Below, one piece after another: positions 61,001 through 64,000 of a DNA stretch of 64,000 bases (position 1 is the stretch's first letter; each line of letters begins with the position of its first letter). Origin of the DNA: Podarcis pityusensis (taxonomy: Eukaryota); assembly GCA_964106645.2 (NCBI GenBank), contig OZ067042.1. One strand, given 5' to 3'. The translations under genes and the position numbers were made by a program. The notes under the pieces were generated by a model that was not told where the DNA came from, made no database searches, and saw only the letters and a program-made list of their open reading frames with translations.

Positions 61001-64000
61001 TTGTGAAAGGGAAGGAAGGCAAGCAAATCAGTTCCTCCTCCTTTTTAACTTTACTGCTGCCACCAAGTGGATATCTCTATTTTTTTCTGGCTGCCTCCAC
61101 TAAACTCTGGACTTTTAAGTGGTTAAGCCTACTCAGAAGACCTCAAACCATATCCCTCCCAAAACAAACTATGCTTTAATCTAAATGTTTTAGTAAGTAA
61201 CAATTTAAACAGTTTTTTTGAGAAAATGATTTTAGAAAAAGGTAATTTTACATTTTGAGCAGTTATCCATAAGAGCATATTAAAAATAAGAAGAGATAAA
61301 TGCACCTAGCTTTACCTATTCTAAGCTGTTTCCTTACCTAAGTCAATACTTGCCAATCTGCATCCCCCAGTTCAGCTTATGGTTCCTTTTTGGTCTGTCT
61401 CTTAGCTTTCTATGCATCCATGCTCTCTGACACACTCCAGCTCCCTTAAAGTGTTCCAACCCCTTTTCACTCTTGTAGCTGTTCTTCTCTTCAGGTTTCT
61501 GACCTCAAACCTTTCAAGCTTTTTTGCTTTTCCAGTAGGCTACCTTGTTTTCCAACTCAGCTTATACGTATACATTTTTACTTTCCCCACCGCCTGTCAT
61601 TGCTGGACTACAAGGCCATTTTCCCCAAACCATGCCCAGCTCTCACTGGGTGACATCAGCTTATAGGTGGGGTGGTGGGGTTCAATCTTGCTAGATGCTA
61701 CTTCGCTGGTGAAGCACATCCCTGCAGCTTTCAGGATTTCATTTTCTACTCACTACCTGGTGAGTGGAGAGATCAACCCTGCTGTGGTTTGCTTTGCTAG
61801 TTCATTACCTGTGGGGAACACACTGGTGAGGCAGACCCCTGCAGCCATCTTCTCACTTCTTAGTGAGTGCTGATACTATGCTACTTGATGTACCTGTTAG
61901 GACCATTTAATTGCTGATGAAGAGTTACTATCAAAACAGTTTGTCATCCGGAATAACTGTTCTGTTCTCTACGTTATGGACTTATGTTGGGCATGCAAGT
62001 GATAGACTTTCATTATCTGTGATTCTATTACATACTTTCTGTTTAGAATTGCTACGCTTGGAGCTTCCATTATTGCACGGTTACAGGATTATGACTGTTG
62101 AAAAGCTTGTTTGCCTCTGTGACTCCATTATATATTTTCTGTTTAAGAATTGTGAAATAATACATGTTACAATTATTTGGTTAAAACATTATTAGCTGCG
62201 TGTTGCCTGTGATTGTTTATAGTTAGTCTGTTTTTGCAACACAGGGGGTTTCCAGTGTCAGGGTGCTGTCAGCGGCTCATGGCTGGGTGCCCAGGAAAGT
62301 ATAAAGGCAAGGAAAAGTTTCTTACCGTCCTTTTTTATTTCAAACTTTACAGAGAGAGGCTATAGCCAGCAGAAGTTCTCTGGGACATTGTGGTGTATTT
62401 AAATGGTGGCTCAGACTCTCATTGTGGGTTAATAAAATGGCAGCAATACCGCTGCCTCCCACTGCTGCCAATTTGCTGAGCTGCCAACTAGACCTGCTGA
62501 GTATACTTTTCGAGGGGCCCCCTCAAACCTGGAGCTAGCCTTGTATAGTACTCAGTATCCATGTTACAGGTGTTCAGAGAGCTTCATACACATTTTCTCA
62601 GTAATCCTACAAGCCTGCATGAAAACTCAATAGTGGGGGTCTGAGGCTGAAGCAATTATAGCTTGCCATTTACCACCATAGCTTGCCATTTACCACCATT
62701 TACCATTCATGGCTGAGGTGAGATTTGAACTAAGAATGTTCCGGATCACAAGCTACTCTTGGAGCCAGGTAATTTCATCTCTGTAAAAAGATAGGAGTGT
62801 GTAAAAAGAAAATAATAATATAATTTCCATCCACACATTAAAAATAATTTAGCAATGTGCTTCTTGGGTGGGGCTGTATTCGTCACCCAGTTGGTGATCT
62901 CAGAAGCCCACTCTACAATAACTTGGAGCAGGGTTTTTAGAGTGGCTGCCCCTGTTCTGTGGAATTTCATTCCTGTCAAGATATGACAGGTGTCCACTAT
63001 CTGCACTTTCTGGAAACAATTGAAGACTTTTTGTTGTTTTGCTCTGACAGTGTTTCCCTTCTGGTTAAATGAGTTTTTATCAGAAATACTTTGTTAGGCT
63101 TTTAGTCTTGTTTTAAATGTATTTGCTTTTTTGTGGGCTTTACTGTTTTTAATTATCCTATGCATAAATCGACTTGAGGCAGTTGTTTAAAACAACAACA
63201 ACAACAATAACAACAACAACAAGCTGTTCTAGTCCATTTCCATGGTTCTGCAATGTAGTGTCAGCGTGACCCTTAGTTTGATGAAGATAATAGATGCTGT
63301 GGGTAATGGAGTTGCAGTAAGCATTTGCTATGACTACCTTGTTTTGGAAGGAAAACAGATGGCTTTATTTGCTTTAATTTGGGGTGCTCAGCTCAGGTTC
63401 TCCTTTTGTTGATTTGATCACTCAGTTTGTATTCTGACTAATTCCCTGACTACATGAGCCAGAGGTAAACCAACTCCTTTGAGTGTGAGCCTGCCTGTTC
63501 AAGTGTAAAGAGGGTGTGTGTGTGTGTGTGTGTGCATGCAGTTGAAAAGTTCAAAGGGCTGAATGGGCTGGAGATGCCTCTTGCTTTTACCTGCTTCAGG
63601 TGCTTTTCTTCAAGTCAGGCCCAGTATCAGAGGTGAACTTGGCGGAGAGAGGTGATGGGGAAGAGGTGGCAGAAGAAAATGGGAGAGATGGGAGAAGATT
63701 CAGCCCCCCCTTCACACCCACACCTACCCACCCAGCCCAACCCACCCAGCTAGGTCCAAACTACACATGATAGTAGCAGACCCCTGTAATTTAAAAAGTA
63801 TTTTAAATTGCATATACACTTTATCTGTCTAATCCCAGGCATTTCATGGTTTCGATGAGCTATTATTTCTGATGAGCATTTGTTCTCAGAGTTTTTGTAT
63901 ATGTGTGCTGGCAATATTTTATTTATCTTTGTTAGAGATAGTTTTGTTGGATGTTCTGCTTGGCATGGTTAATTTTTTTCTTCTTCTTTCTATTATTATG

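Noticed and set aside
37363-64000. NEURL1 exon 2 or a nested gene
   Set aside because: No sequence resembling the expected continuation or an NHR domain; consistent with a long intron 1.

Overview
Vertebrate genomic DNA, very probably a lacertid lizard (Podarcis/Lacerta-type Sauria SINEs, BovB, Penelope-like elements, hAT and Tc1/mariner MITEs). The window is the CALHM-NEURL1 syntenic block. On the minus strand are complete CALHM1 (2 coding exons, 335 aa) and CALHM3 (3 coding exons, 343 aa). On the plus strand are a CpG-island promoter and the first coding exon of NEURL1; the rest of the window (37.4-64 kb) is NEURL1 intron 1. No CALHM2 coding sequence is visible. Almost all other ORFs in the track are spurious or repeat-derived. 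The most unusual observations are: (1) a very young non-autonomous Copia element with identical 407-bp TG...GA LTRs, flanked by a 255-bp target duplication instead of about 5 bp; (2) a roughly 1.03-kb inverted copy of neighbouring intron DNA inserted inside a SINE 11 kb away, with a fold-back junction; (3) His in place of the conserved gating Asp121 of CALHM1, with Lys123 changed to Glu; (4) back-to-back minimal hammerhead ribozyme motifs in a Penelope-like insertion. I found no new protein-coding system. All comparisons were made by eye, and reference protein sequences and repeat consensi are from memory.
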